From assembly GCA_965212075.1 (NCBI GenBank), contig OZ243043.1, forward strand, positions 260,933-324,932: a DNA stretch of 64,000 bases, in the 5' to 3' direction. Below are positions 10,421-21,080 of the stretch, piece after piece. Position numbers and translations under genes: made by a program. Every line of letters begins with the position of its first letter. Position 1 is the first letter of the stretch. Origin of the DNA: Alphaproteobacteria bacterium (GTDB taxonomy: Bacteria > Pseudomonadota > Alphaproteobacteria > JAPOUT01 > G958296285). The notes under the pieces are model-generated. The model had not been told where the DNA came from and searched no databases. It saw only the letters and a program-made list of their open reading frames with translations.

Positions 10421-11266
10421 GTGCTTATGAGAGCGACCGCGCCTGCGAAGATCAATTTAACTTTGCGCATTGGCGCGCGGCGAAAAGATGGCCTGCATGA
10501 ATTGTCGAGTCTGGTTGTGTTTGCTGACCTTGCCGATCATTTGGATATTACCTGCGGTGATGACATATCAAAAAGCGCGCTTGATGTCAGCGGGCCATTT
10601 GCGGCTGTGGTGCCGCGCGGTGAAGACAACCTCGTGCTGAGGGCTTTAGAGTTTTTAGGAGAATTTTTAGAGCAGCCAGCGTCTATTCGGCTTGAGAAGA
10701 ACATACCGGTTGGCGCGGGTTTGGGTGGCGGTTCGGCGGATGCTGCGGCTCTGCTGCGCGCTTTAGGGGGCCAGCCCGATATGGTTCAGCTGATGAAACT
10801 GGGCGCTGATGTTCCGGCCTGTTATTTGTCGTGTCCTTTATGGATGTCGGGCGCGGGCGAGGTTCTGCGGCCCTTATCTGCGCTGCCGCCTTTATGGTGC
10901 GTGCTGATCTGCCCCGATATTCATATCAGCACGAGAGATATGTTCGCCTGCTGGGATGAGATGTTCGCGCATAAGCGGCATGATAAAACTTGCGACATCA
11001 AAGCGGATTTCAGCACTGCAGAAGATCTGTTTGCGTTTTGTGCGCGCTGCCACAATGATTTTGAGCCGCTTATATGCGCGCGTGTGCCGGAAGTGGGGCA
11101 GGCGCTTGATTTATTACAGGCGACCAAGCCGGCCTTTGCGGGCATGAGCGGGTCGGGCCCGGCTTGTTTTGGGCTTTATGCAGAGGAAGCGCGCGCACAA
11201 AATGCGGCGGATCATCTGCGCGCCGCGTCAAAACATTGGCTTTGGCTGGGTCAAATCAGAAGTTAA
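10421..11266 (+). CDS. ispE: 4-diphosphocytidyl-2-C-methyl-D-erythritol kinase
   Basis: APAKINLTL N-terminus and GHMP kinase motif (PVGAGLGGGSADAAALL). Confidence 0.9.
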   Translation: MLMRATAPAKINLTLRIGARRKDGLHELSSLVVFADLADHLDITCGDDISKSALDVSGPFAAVVPRGEDNLVLRALEFLGEFLEQPASIRLEKNIPVGAGLGGGSADAAALLRALGGQPDMVQLMKLGADVPACYLSCPLWMSGAGEVLRPLSALPPLWCVLICPDIHISTRDMFACWDEMFAHKRHDKTCDIKADFSTAEDLFAFCARCHNDFEPLICARVPEVGQALDLLQATKPAFAGMSGSGPACFGLYAEEARAQNAADHLRAASKHWLWLGQIRS

Positions 11267-12294
11267 AAATCACGGCTAATTGCAAAATCGGCCATATCCT
11301 CAAAGCCGCGCCGCCAGACATTGTCGGGAAACATAACAAGCGACGCGCGCGCGCGCTGCGCATAATCCAGCGCATGATCGCGCGTGGCCGCGAGCGCGCC
11401 ATGCCGCTCCATCAGCTTGCACGCTTTTTTGAAATCGGCGGGCTTGGTTGTCTCCGGCGCGGAAATCGCATTGCGCCAAAATTCTCGTTCAGCGCTGCCC
11501 GCATGCTGCCAGCAGACAATCATCGGCAGAGTCACTTTGCCTTCGCGAAAATCTCCACCGATCTGCTTGCCGAGTCTTGACAAAGTGCCGTCATAATCCA
11601 GCGCATCATCCATCAGCTGAAAGGCCATGCCGAGATTCTGCCCATAGTCAGCGAGCGCAGCGCGCTTTTGGTCAGAGCAGCGCGCGAGAATCGCGCCGGT
11701 TTCGGCGGCGGCGGCAAATAAAGAGGCGGTTTTTGCGGCGATGATTTTGAGAATATGAGCCTCGTCCATCTGGCTGTCATCATCTGCGGTCAGCTGCATC
11801 ACCTCGCCTTCGGCGATGATCGCGGCTGCGCGCGAGAGCACCTGAAGCGCATCAAATTGCGCGCTCGCCTTGCTGGCTGCGACCATGATCTCAAAGGCGC
11901 GCCCGAGCAGGAAATCGCCGACGAGAATGCTCGCTTGATTGCCCCACAACATCCGTGCGGTTGGCTGGCCGCGGCGGCGTGCATTATCATCCACGACATC
12001 ATCATGCAGCAAAGTCGCGGTATGGATCATCTCCACCGCAGCGGCCATGCGAATGGAATTTTCGTTTTGCGCGGCGTCAGTTTCGTGCGCGAGGTGAAAA
12101 GCCGCCAAGACGAGCATCGGGCGCAATCTCTTGCCGCCTGACGAAACCAGATGCTGTGCGATTTTTTGCGCGAGATCGCTCTGGCTTTTAAGATTTTCTG
12201 CGATGAGCGCATCCACCTGCGCCATCTCTTCGGCGAGATGGGCGCTCAGCTCTTCCAGCGCGGAATTGTTTTGCTTGATCGGGGCTGAACTCAT
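11263..12294 (-). CDS. ispB: polyprenyl diphosphate synthase (likely octaprenyl-diphosphate synthase IspB)
   Basis: GGKRLRP and two DDxxD motifs (LLHDDVVDDNARRRG; FQLMDDALD). Confidence 0.75.
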   Translation of the reverse strand: MSSAPIKQNNSALEELSAHLAEEMAQVDALIAENLKSQSDLAQKIAQHLVSSGGKRLRPMLVLAAFHLAHETDAAQNENSIRMAAAVEMIHTATLLHDDVVDDNARRRGQPTARMLWGNQASILVGDFLLGRAFEIMVAASKASAQFDALQVLSRAAAIIAEGEVMQLTADDDSQMDEAHILKIIAAKTASLFAAAAETGAILARCSDQKRAALADYGQNLGMAFQLMDDALDYDGTLSRLGKQIGGDFREGKVTLPMIVCWQHAGSAEREFWRNAISAPETTKPADFKKACKLMERHGALAATRDHALDYAQRARASLVMFPDNVWRRGFEDMADFAISRDF

Positions 12295-15032
12295 GATTTT
12301 TGAAACCTTCTTTTTTTATGGGCTCTTTTTTTAGGAGCCTGCCGCTGCGCCAAGATGGCCGCCTGTGCCGCCGCAAGCCGCGCAATCGGCACACGATAGG
12401 GCGAACAGGAAATATAATCCAATCCCAGCTCCTCGCATAGATGGATGCTGGTCGGATCGCCGCCATGCTCGCCGCATACGCCCAGCGTGATGTCCGCGCG
12501 GCGCTCGCGGCCTTTGGCGCAGGCCATTTCCATCATCGCGCCGACGCCGTCTCGGTCAATTGTCACGAAAGGATTGCGCTCGAAAAACCCATGCTGCGCA
12601 TAAACGCCGATGAAGCGCGCCGCATCATCGCGGCTGATGCCAAAAACCGTCTGCGTCAGATCGTTGGTGCCGAAGCTGAAAAAATCAGCGCTTTCGGCAA
12701 GCGCATCAGCGCATAAAGCCGCGCGCGGCAATTCAATCATCGTGCCGACATGATAATCTAAGCCCGCGCCTTTTTCTTCGGCGACCTCTTTGGCGATTTT
12801 ATCAACCAGATCTTTGATGAAAACCAGCTCGCTCTTCATCGCCACGAGCGGGATCATGATTTCAGGAAAAATATGCGCTTTGCCGTCTTGATGCGCGATA
12901 TAGGCAGCCTCAAGGATCGCGCGCGCCTGCATCTCGTAGATTTCCGGATAGGTGATCCCCAGCCGACAGCCGCGATGGCCGAGCATCGGGTTGGCCTCGG
13001 CGAGCTGCGCGACGCGGCGGCGCAGATAATCCTCCTCCACATCAAGCTCGCGCGCGACTTGCGGGATTTCATTTTCATGCGGCAAAAACTCATGCAAAGG
13101 CGGATCAAGCAGGCGGATCGTCACCGGAAAACCCGACATGATCTCAAACAATTCAACAAAATCCTGCCGCTGCAGAGGCATCAGCCGTGCTAGTGCAGCG
13201 CGGCGGCTCTCTTCATCGCGCGCGAGGATCATCTCGCGCATGATGCGCACGCGGCCAATATCAAAAAACATATGCTCAGTGCGGCACAGCCCAATGCCGT
13301 GCGCGCCAAAGGCGCGCGCGGTTTTGGTGTCGGCTTGGGTTTCGGCGTTGGCGCGCACCTCCATGCGGCGGAACTTATCGGCCCATTGCATAATCTTGGT
13401 GAAATTATCCGACATTTGCGCCTGCAATTGCGGCACTTCGCCAAGGATCACTTCACCGCTGCCGCCGTCAATCGTGATGATGTCGCCGACGGCGAGCGGG
13501 CGACCATCGATCTCAAACCTTTGCTTGGCCTGATCAATCCGGATGGCGCTCGCGCCAGCAACGCAAGGCCGCCCCATGCCGCGCGCGACGACAGCGGCGT
13601 GCGATGTCATGCCGCCGCGCGCGGTCAATATGCCTTCCGCGGCATGCATGCCGTGAATATCTTCGGGGCTGGTCTCGTGGCGCACCAAGATCACGCGCCG
13701 CCCTTGATTTTTGAGTTTTTCAGCATCAGCCGAAGTGAAAACGATTTCACCGCTGGCCGCGCCGGGTGAGGCGGGCAGGCCGCGCGTCAGCACATCGCGC
13801 GGCGCGTCGGGGTCAAGTGTCGGGTGAAGCAGCTGGTCAAGCGATGCGGGATCAATGCGTCCGACGGCTTCTTTTTCGGTGATGAGGCCTTCTGTGACCA
13901 TATCCGCCGCACAGCGCACCGCGGCTGCCGCCGTGCGCTTGGCCGCGCGGGTTTGGAGCATCCAAAGCTTGCCATTTTCAATGGTAAATTCAATATCCTG
14001 CATATCGTGATAATGCGCCTCTAATTTTGCGCGGATCGCAGAGAGTTCTTTGAAGGTTTTGGGCATCAGCTCTTCCATAGAGGGCTGCATATCGCCATGT
14101 TGTTCTTGCAGCGCGCGGCGGGCTTTTTGTGTGAGCGGCGTGGGTGTGCGCAGTCCGGCGACGACGTCTTCGCCCTGTGCATTGAGCAGGAACTCGCCAT
14201 AAAATTCGTTTTCGCCATTAGCGGGATTGCGGGTGAAAGCGACGCCGGTGGCGCTATTGTCGCCCATATTGCCGAAGACCATCGCTTGGATATTAACAGC
14301 CGTTCCCCATGTGTGGGGGATCGCATGCAGACGGCGGTAGGTTTGCGCGCGCTGATTATTCCAAGAATGAAAAACGGCTTTGAGCGCCCCCCAGAGCTGC
14401 TCTTGCGGCGATTGCGGAAACTCCGCGCCGGTTTTTTCCAAAGTGATCTGCTTATAAAGCTTGACGATCTCCTGCCAATCTTCGCCGGCCATGTTTGTGT
14501 CAAGCATATAGCCTTTGGACATTTTATGAGTCTCCAGCACGTCTTCAAACAGATGATGCTCAATGTTCAGCACGATGTCGGCATAGATCTGGATGAAGCG
14601 GCGATAGGAATCGTAGGCGAAGCGAATGTCCTGCGTGCGCTGCGCGAGTGCTGCGGTGGTGGCGTCGTTGAGGCCGAGATTGAGAACCGTATCCATCATG
14701 CCGGGCATCGATGCCCGCGCGCCTGAGCGCACCGAAAGCAGCAAAGGCCGCTTCTCATGGCCGAACTTCCCGCCGGTAATTTTTTCAATCCGCTTGAGCG
14801 CGCGCTGCACTTCTTTTTCAAGGCCGTCGGGGAATTTGTTGCCGGTTTCGTAGAAGGCGGTACAGGCCTCGGTGGTGATCGTGAAGCCGGGCGGCACCGG
14901 CAATTTGATCTGCGTCATCTCGGCGAGGTTCGCGCCCTTGCCGCCCAGCAAATCTCTCATATCGGCATTGCCTTCCGCGCGGCCATTGCCGAACAGATAT
15001 GTCCATTTCTTTTTGGGCTTCCTGCCGATCAT
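12291..15032 (-). CDS. ppdK: pyruvate, phosphate dikinase
   Basis: KWTYLFG...MRDLLGGKGANLAEM N-terminus, the catalytic His region (GGMTSHAAVVARGMG) and a PEP-utilising C-terminus. Start moved to the internal ATG at 15032, which gives an ATGA overlap with the glyS stop. Confidence 0.9.
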   Translation of the reverse strand: MIGRKPKKKWTYLFGNGRAEGNADMRDLLGGKGANLAEMTQIKLPVPPGFTITTEACTAFYETGNKFPDGLEKEVQRALKRIEKITGGKFGHEKRPLLLSVRSGARASMPGMMDTVLNLGLNDATTAALAQRTQDIRFAYDSYRRFIQIYADIVLNIEHHLFEDVLETHKMSKGYMLDTNMAGEDWQEIVKLYKQITLEKTGAEFPQSPQEQLWGALKAVFHSWNNQRAQTYRRLHAIPHTWGTAVNIQAMVFGNMGDNSATGVAFTRNPANGENEFYGEFLLNAQGEDVVAGLRTPTPLTQKARRALQEQHGDMQPSMEELMPKTFKELSAIRAKLEAHYHDMQDIEFTIENGKLWMLQTRAAKRTAAAAVRCAADMVTEGLITEKEAVGRIDPASLDQLLHPTLDPDAPRDVLTRGLPASPGAASGEIVFTSADAEKLKNQGRRVILVRHETSPEDIHGMHAAEGILTARGGMTSHAAVVARGMGRPCVAGASAIRIDQAKQRFEIDGRPLAVGDIITIDGGSGEVILGEVPQLQAQMSDNFTKIMQWADKFRRMEVRANAETQADTKTARAFGAHGIGLCRTEHMFFDIGRVRIMREMILARDEESRRAALARLMPLQRQDFVELFEIMSGFPVTIRLLDPPLHEFLPHENEIPQVARELDVEEDYLRRRVAQLAEANPMLGHRGCRLGITYPEIYEMQARAILEAAYIAHQDGKAHIFPEIMIPLVAMKSELVFIKDLVDKIAKEVAEEKGAGLDYHVGTMIELPRAALCADALAESADFFSFGTNDLTQTVFGISRDDAARFIGVYAQHGFFERNPFVTIDRDGVGAMMEMACAKGRERRADITLGVCGEHGGDPTSIHLCEELGLDYISCSPYRVPIARLAAAQAAILAQRQAPKKRAHKKRRFQKS

Positions 15033-17185
15033 GACCGCCCCGCAATCCCCGCAATAGATGAGAAATCCGCCGCGCGGCGCATGGTCGCATAGATCGCTGC
15101 ACATAGAGCGAGGCGATTTTGCCGCGTCTCATCATCATCGACATTGACGCGGACATGGTCAAAGAAGTCATCAACTGGCGCGCGCAGTGCGGCTAAGAGC
15201 CCGAAGGCGCGGGGAAAATCGTGTGCGGCAAGCGCTTGGTCATAGCCCTCCATCTGGAGCGCTTGGGCGAGTTTTTTCTCAGCCGGTTCGGTGAGAAGTG
15301 CTGCGGCAAGCGGAGCGCCGCTACGCGGAGCGCCGCTGCGCTGCCCGGCCTGTTTCGTATCTTTGAGAATGCCGGCAATGCGCCGCCACGCAATCATCAG
15401 ATGACCGCCATTTTCGTCTTTGAGAAAATCGGCGAGCGCGGCTAGACGCGCCTGAATCCGCGCAAGGTTGAGGCCGGTCTCGGCCTGCATCGCCGCATCA
15501 ACCAGATCGGCAGGCTGGTCTTGGCGGCGCAGATAAAATTTCAGCCGATCGGCAATGAAGCGGCGCAATTCGCTGAGGGTTTTTTTCTTATCTTTGACTT
15601 GATAAAGATCAAGCGCTTCGGAGAATAAATCATTGAGGTCAAGGTTTTGAAAATCATTTTGGTGTTCCAAAATGATCTGGATGATTGAGAGTGCGGCGCG
15701 GCGCAGCGCAAACGGGTCTTTGGAGCCGGTCGGCATTTCGCCAATGGAAAAGAAACCGACAAGCGTATCCGTTCTGCCGGCAAGCGCGAGTATCCGGCTT
15801 GCCTTTGTCGACGGCACGGTTTCATAATGATACAAGATAGCTTCTTTGATTGAGTCGCTTATGTCCTCACTGGGGGGATAATCACCAGGAATGTCGCTCA
15901 CTCTTGAATCTATTGGCCCGCTATTTTCCCTGTAATATAATTCCTCTGCAATCTGGCCAAGCGCTTCGGGAAATTCTCTGCCGCTTTGGCTTGCAATATC
16001 CACTTTGGCATAATGCGCCGCAGGCTGTATTACAGAGTCCCACTTTTTATCGGGCAATAGGTTGCGCAATGTTTGCCCTAAGGATAATTTTTTAAACCGC
16101 TCGGCTTTGTCCAAAATACTGCCTAGCTTGGGGTGAAAGGATATTTCCTTTAACTTCTCTCTCAAACGATCAAGGCCGATTTTATGATCGTTTTCTATGA
16201 AAAAAAGCGCGTCGTTCATTCTTGCGCGCAGAACGGTGGAGAAACCTGCAGCGATTACAGAATCGTTTTTTTTCTCTCCATCAATACAGGCAAGAAAATC
16301 TTTACCCCAAATATCTTTTGTAGGGAGTTGCAAACAGTTTTCTTTGAAAAAAATTGAATCTGTGATTTTATTTGGGAGGGAATGGATGTCTATCCTCTTC
16401 TCTTCGGGATTCAAATTAACTTTGGATTTTATCAAGGTTGGCTTTTCCGCAAGTCGTGCGATTTGATTGACAAAAAGATCAATATCTTCGGGCTGTACTT
16501 CCATATCTCCTTTGTTTTTTTCTATTTCTTGTCGGATTTTTTCGCGACGATCTTCGGCAAAGATCAAGACATGCGCTTTGCGCAATTTTTGCTGATAATC
16601 CTCAAAAGAAGAGATTTTGATTTTATCGGGCGCATCAAAGATATGGCCATAAGTGGTGTCGCCTGATTGAACGCCGCCAATGGAAAAAGGGACGATCTCG
16701 CCGTCCAGAAGGCACAAAATCGAACGCAGAGGCCGCACCCAGCGAAAATCTCCACTGCCATCTTTGTTTTGCGGCCAGCGCATGGATTTTGGCCAAGAGA
16801 ATGTCTTTAACAATTGCGGAATCATCTCGGCGAGCAGGGCATTCATCTCCATCGCCGGACGCTCAATCTGCGCAAAATAATAGCCGTCTTGCTCAAAGAT
16901 TTTGGCGCTGGCGCCGCTCAGAGATCGCTTGAAGCCGTCAATGGCCTGTTGGGGCGCGCTGGTTTTCGGCCCGCGTTTTGTTTCAGTCTGCGCTGCAAGC
17001 GAAGAGGGCAGTCCAGCAAACCGGATGCCTATCCGGCGCGGGGTTGAAAAATAATCACCCTGTTGCGCTTCGCAGCCCTGAGTTTTGAGCGCCTCGCGCA
17101 ATAGACGCTCGAGACTTTCGGCAGCGGGCTCTTGCATAGAAGGCGGGATTTCTTCCGACAATAATTCAAGCAGCAATTCAGCCAT
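15029..17185 (-). CDS. glyS: glycine--tRNA ligase beta subunit
   Basis: [16 protein letters not shown]-terminus and length typical of GlyS. Overlaps glyQ by 8 nt. Confidence 0.9.
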   Translation of the reverse strand: MAELLLELLSEEIPPSMQEPAAESLERLLREALKTQGCEAQQGDYFSTPRRIGIRFAGLPSSLAAQTETKRGPKTSAPQQAIDGFKRSLSGASAKIFEQDGYYFAQIERPAMEMNALLAEMIPQLLKTFSWPKSMRWPQNKDGSGDFRWVRPLRSILCLLDGEIVPFSIGGVQSGDTTYGHIFDAPDKIKISSFEDYQQKLRKAHVLIFAEDRREKIRQEIEKNKGDMEVQPEDIDLFVNQIARLAEKPTLIKSKVNLNPEEKRIDIHSLPNKITDSIFFKENCLQLPTKDIWGKDFLACIDGEKKNDSVIAAGFSTVLRARMNDALFFIENDHKIGLDRLREKLKEISFHPKLGSILDKAERFKKLSLGQTLRNLLPDKKWDSVIQPAAHYAKVDIASQSGREFPEALGQIAEELYYRENSGPIDSRVSDIPGDYPPSEDISDSIKEAILYHYETVPSTKASRILALAGRTDTLVGFFSIGEMPTGSKDPFALRRAALSIIQIILEHQNDFQNLDLNDLFSEALDLYQVKDKKKTLSELRRFIADRLKFYLRRQDQPADLVDAAMQAETGLNLARIQARLAALADFLKDENGGHLMIAWRRIAGILKDTKQAGQRSGAPRSGAPLAAALLTEPAEKKLAQALQMEGYDQALAAHDFPRAFGLLAALRAPVDDFFDHVRVNVDDDETRQNRLALCAAIYATMRRAADFSSIAGIAGRS

Positions 17186-18062
17186 TTTGATTCTCTTGTT
17201 CTTCTTGCTTGGCCCACATTGCGGCGCATTGCGAGGCGAGGTCGCGCACTTTTTTGATGTAATCGGGCCGCGCCGAGTGGCCGATCACGCCGCGCGCATC
17301 GAGCAGGTTGAACAGATGGCTGGCCTTGACGCAATGGTCATAGGCGGGCAGCACGAGATCGCGCGCCAAAAGTGCTAAACATTCGGCCTGCATATCGTCA
17401 AAGTGGCGCTGGAGTATTTCGGTGTTGGCGGCTTCGTAATTATAGGCCGAGTGCTGCTGCTCGGCCTGCCGGAACACATCGCCATAAGAAACATCGCCGC
17501 CGAAGTTAAGCTCATAGATGCTGTTTTTATTTTGTTTGAACATAGCGAGCCGCTCCAGCCCGTAGGTGATTTCGCCCGAGACGGGGTCGCAGTCAATGCC
17601 GCCGATCTGTTGAAAATAGGTGAACTGCGAAACCTCCATCCCGTCGCAGCGCACTTCCCAGCCCAGACCCCACGCGCCCAGAGTCGGGCTTTCCCAATCA
17701 TCTTCAATGAATTTAATGTCGTGCTGCTGCGGGCCGATGTTGAGCTGGCTGAGGCTCTCCATATAAAGCTCGCGGATGTTCGGCGGCGCAGGCTTTAAGA
17801 TCACTTGAAATTGATAATAATGCTGCAGGCGGTTGGGGTTTTCGCCATAGCGGCCATCATCGGGGCGGCGCGCGGGCTGGACATAGGCGGCCTTCCAAGG
17901 CTTCCTGCCCAGCGCGCGCAGAGCCGTCGCCGGATGAAACGTGCCTGCGCCCATCTCCATATCATAGGGCTGTAGCAACACACAGCCTTGTCGGCCCCAG
18001 AATTTTTGCAAAGCGAGGATCATATTTTGGAAGCTGTCAGGATTGTCAGAATTATCGGTCAT
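17178..18062 (-). CDS. glyQ: glycine--tRNA ligase alpha subunit
   Basis: [13 protein letters not shown]-terminus plus [18 protein letters not shown]. Confidence 0.9.
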   Translation of the reverse strand: MTDNSDNPDSFQNMILALQKFWGRQGCVLLQPYDMEMGAGTFHPATALRALGRKPWKAAYVQPARRPDDGRYGENPNRLQHYYQFQVILKPAPPNIRELYMESLSQLNIGPQQHDIKFIEDDWESPTLGAWGLGWEVRCDGMEVSQFTYFQQIGGIDCDPVSGEITYGLERLAMFKQNKNSIYELNFGGDVSYGDVFRQAEQQHSAYNYEAANTEILQRHFDDMQAECLALLARDLVLPAYDHCVKASHLFNLLDARGVIGHSARPDYIKKVRDLASQCAAMWAKQEEQENQNG

Positions 18063-18103
18063 ATATTTTGATAGGCGTTTGAGCCGCCTGTGGTCAAGTC
18101 ATC

Positions 18104-20188
18104 TCATTCCGTCATCTTATGGGCGAGCAGAGCGAAAGCGTAGGCTTGGGCGACTTCCTCCAGCTTGAGGAATCGGCCCGATTTGCCGCCATGACCGGCC
18201 TGCATTTCGGTCTTGAGCAGGATCGGGGCTGGGCCTTGCTGTGCGGCGCGCAGGCGGGCGACCCATTTGGCGGCCTCCCAATAGCCGACGCGCGGATCGG
18301 TCAGCCCGCCGGTCGCGAAAATCCACGGATAAGATTGCGGCCTGACATTGTCATAGGGCGAATAGGCCGCGATCTGCCGATAGGCCTGCGCGCTTGCGAT
18401 CGGGTTGCCCCATTCGCGCCACTCCGGCGGCGTGAGCGGCAGGTCTTCGTCGAGCATCGTCGCGAGCACATCGACAAAAGGCACTTGCGCGATGATCGCG
18501 CGGAAAAGATCGGGCGCCATATTGGCGACCGCGCCCATCAACATGCCGCCCGCCGAGCCGCCTTGCGCGGTGATGTTGCCGCGCCGCACATAATCATGGC
18601 GCACCAGATATTCAGCCGCAGCGATGAAATCTTTGAAGCTGTTGGTTTTGCGCGCCAGCTTGCCGTCCTGATACCATTTGCGTCCTTTGGCGCTGCCGCC
18701 GCGAATATGCGCAATCGCAAACGCGACGCCGCGATCAACCAGCGATAGCCGCGCCGACGAAAAATAAGCGGGGACAGTGATGCCATAAGCGCCATAGCCG
18801 TAAAGCAATAGAGGCCGCGCGCTGTCGGGCGGGGTGCGCGCATTATATAAAAGCGAAATCGGAATCATTTCACCATCGGGCGCTTCGGCAAAGAGCCGCT
18901 TGGAGACGTAGTGTTCGGGCTCATGTCCGCCCGGAACTTTTTGCGTTTTGCGCAACACCCGCTTTTGGCTTTTCATGTTGATGTCATAGACCTGCTCCGG
19001 CTGGCGCATGGAGCTGTAATGGACGCGGAGATTGTCGGTTTGATAGAGCAGGCCCGGCGCAATATCCAAATCGTGCGGCTCATCGCTGAAAGCAAGCTCC
19101 GAGCCATCTCCCGTAGTTAAATCGCGGATCATCAAGCGCGGCAATCCGTTTTCGCGCTCAAGCCAGACCAGATGATCCTGATAAAGATAAAAATCCAAAA
19201 TATAAACGCCTTGACGCGCCGGAACGACCTCTTGCCATGATTGGAGATCATGTTCGGGCGCGGCCATGATCTTGAAGTCAAGCGCGCCGTCATTGGTCAG
19301 CATCAAAAACCTCTTGCGCGCGCGATCATGCTCAAGGCTATATTCAATGTTCTCGCGCCGCCGCATCACAAGCTGCGGCGGCTTTTCATAAACATGGGTG
19401 CTGATCAAATGAACTTCCGATGAGGTATGGTCATAAGAATTGATCGTGATGTAATCCTCGCTTTGCGTCTTGTCCAAAGATAGAAAATAAGCGGGGTTCG
19501 GCTCGCGCCAGATGGCCTCGTCGCGCGCGGGATCGCTGCCGATCAGATGGCGGCGCACCTCGCAGGGGCGGTGGTTTTGATCAACGTGGATATAAAATAG
19601 ATGACGGCCATCAGCCGCCCAAATGGCTGTGCCGTCGCTATGGGTGATCGTCTCACCGTTTTTTTGCGCCACTAATTGCGCCGCTAAATCACGGATATTT
19701 ATCGTATAATATTCCCCGCCCGACAAATCCGCCGACCAAGCCAGTTTCTGATGGTCAGGGCTATGCGCCGCGCCGCCTAATTTAAAAAAATCATGATTTT
19801 TCGCTTCTTGATTGCCGTCCAGCATCACCTTTTCGCCTTCCGCCCCTTTTTGCTTTCTACAGAGAAGCGGATGTTCATCCCCTGCGGAGAAGCGGTCATA
19901 ATAAAAATAATCTCCGTCCTGTTCGGGGACGCTTTTGTCATCAGGCGGGATGCGCGCCTTCATCTCCTGAAATAGAGCCTCTTGCAATTTGCCGACCGGC
20001 TTGAGCGCCTGCTCGGTATATTGATTTTCGGCCTCAAGGTGCGCGCGGATATTTTCGGGCAGTGCGCCGCCATCTTGCAAAACGTCCTGCCAATTATCGG
20101 CTTTGAGCCAAGCATATTCATCTTCGCGGGTGATGCCGTGCCAGTCATCCTGCATCGGCTTTTTAAGAGCGCGTGGCGGCGAACTCAT
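18104..20188 (-). CDS. ptrB: oligopeptidase B (S9 prolyl oligopeptidase family)
   Basis: N-terminal beta-propeller region and catalytic GGSAGG (GSAGGMLMG) with a C-terminal His/Asp region. Confidence 0.75.
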   Translation of the reverse strand: MSSPPRALKKPMQDDWHGITREDEYAWLKADNWQDVLQDGGALPENIRAHLEAENQYTEQALKPVGKLQEALFQEMKARIPPDDKSVPEQDGDYFYYDRFSAGDEHPLLCRKQKGAEGEKVMLDGNQEAKNHDFFKLGGAAHSPDHQKLAWSADLSGGEYYTINIRDLAAQLVAQKNGETITHSDGTAIWAADGRHLFYIHVDQNHRPCEVRRHLIGSDPARDEAIWREPNPAYFLSLDKTQSEDYITINSYDHTSSEVHLISTHVYEKPPQLVMRRRENIEYSLEHDRARKRFLMLTNDGALDFKIMAAPEHDLQSWQEVVPARQGVYILDFYLYQDHLVWLERENGLPRLMIRDLTTGDGSELAFSDEPHDLDIAPGLLYQTDNLRVHYSSMRQPEQVYDINMKSQKRVLRKTQKVPGGHEPEHYVSKRLFAEAPDGEMIPISLLYNARTPPDSARPLLLYGYGAYGITVPAYFSSARLSLVDRGVAFAIAHIRGGSAKGRKWYQDGKLARKTNSFKDFIAAAEYLVRHDYVRRGNITAQGGSAGGMLMGAVANMAPDLFRAIIAQVPFVDVLATMLDEDLPLTPPEWREWGNPIASAQAYRQIAAYSPYDNVRPQSYPWIFATGGLTDPRVGYWEAAKWVARLRAAQQGPAPILLKTEMQAGHGGKSGRFLKLEEVAQAYAFALLAHKMTE

Positions 20189-20191
20189 ATT

Positions 20192-20596
20192 TCAGTCTTT
20201 GTCGGGGATAAAATCAAGTGCGTGCCCGTTCATGCAATAGCGCAGGCCAGAGGGCGCCGGGCCGTCGGGGAAGACGTGGCCGAGATGGGCGTCGCATTTG
20301 GCGCAGTTCACTTCGGTGCGGCTCATCATCAGGCTGTTATCGGCGCGCGCGGCGATGGCCTCAGCGCTTCTGGGCGCATAGAAGCTGGGCCAGCCTGTGC
20401 CGCTGTCATATTTTGTTTCGGACGAGAATAGGGTTGCCCCGCAGCACACGCAGTTATAGACGCCGTCGCGCTTTTCGTCCCCATGAGGGCCGGAGAAGGG
20501 GGCTTCGGTTCCGGCTTCGCGGGTGATGTGATATTGCTCTGGCGAGAGCTTGTCGCGCCAGATTTTCTCCTGCTCTTTTTGTGCTGGCTTATTCAA
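20192..20596 (-). CDS. msrB: peptide-methionine (R)-S-oxide reductase MsrB
   Basis: SelR fold with two CxxC zinc pairs and the catalytic RYCMNG/HLGHVF motifs. Confidence 0.9.
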   Translation of the reverse strand: MNKPAQKEQEKIWRDKLSPEQYHITREAGTEAPFSGPHGDEKRDGVYNCVCCGATLFSSETKYDSGTGWPSFYAPRSAEAIAARADNSLMMSRTEVNCAKCDAHLGHVFPDGPAPSGLRYCMNGHALDFIPDKD

Positions 20597-21041
20597 AGAG
20601 CAGGGTCAAAGTTTCGGCGACCATAGCCGGGCGGTCTTGGCCGTCAATTTCCATTGTGACTTCGGTGGTGCATTGCATACCGCCGGATTTTGGCTCGGCG
20701 TTGAGCAGCTTGACGCGCGCGCGGACTTTAGAATCGACCGGCACCATATTGGTGAAGCGGATTTTGTTCGCGCCATAATTGATGCCGCGGGTCACCGATT
20801 TGACGCGGCTAATGTCGGAGGTCATTTTGGGCAAAAGCGAGAGCGTCAGGAAGCCGTGAGCGATGGTCGGCATATTGAGCTCTTGTTTGCATTTTTCGGG
20901 ATTGATGTGGATCCATTGGTGATCGCCGGTGGCGTCGGCGAAATCGTTGATGCGCTTCTGGTCAATTTTGAACCATTCGCTGACGCCGATCTCTTGGCCT
21001 TTGCTGCTGACATAATCTTTGATATTTTCAAATTCACGCAT
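20589..21041 (-). CDS. MaoC-like (R)-specific enoyl-CoA hydratase / hotdog-fold dehydratase
   Basis: [17 protein letters not shown]...IAHGFLTLS hotdog motif. Confidence 0.8.
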   Translation of the reverse strand: MREFENIKDYVSSKGQEIGVSEWFKIDQKRINDFADATGDHQWIHINPEKCKQELNMPTIAHGFLTLSLLPKMTSDISRVKSVTRGINYGANKIRFTNMVPVDSKVRARVKLLNAEPKSGGMQCTTEVTMEIDGQDRPAMVAETLTLLFE

Positions 21042-21080
21042 TTTGTTTTTCTCCTGTTGAGTGGTTGTTATCTAGTGGGG

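Noticed and set aside
15033-15104. N-terminal 24-codon extension of ppdK ([24 protein letters not shown])
   Set aside because: The PPDK family starts at the downstream Met before KWTYLFG. That start also gives a clean ATGA overlap with glyS.
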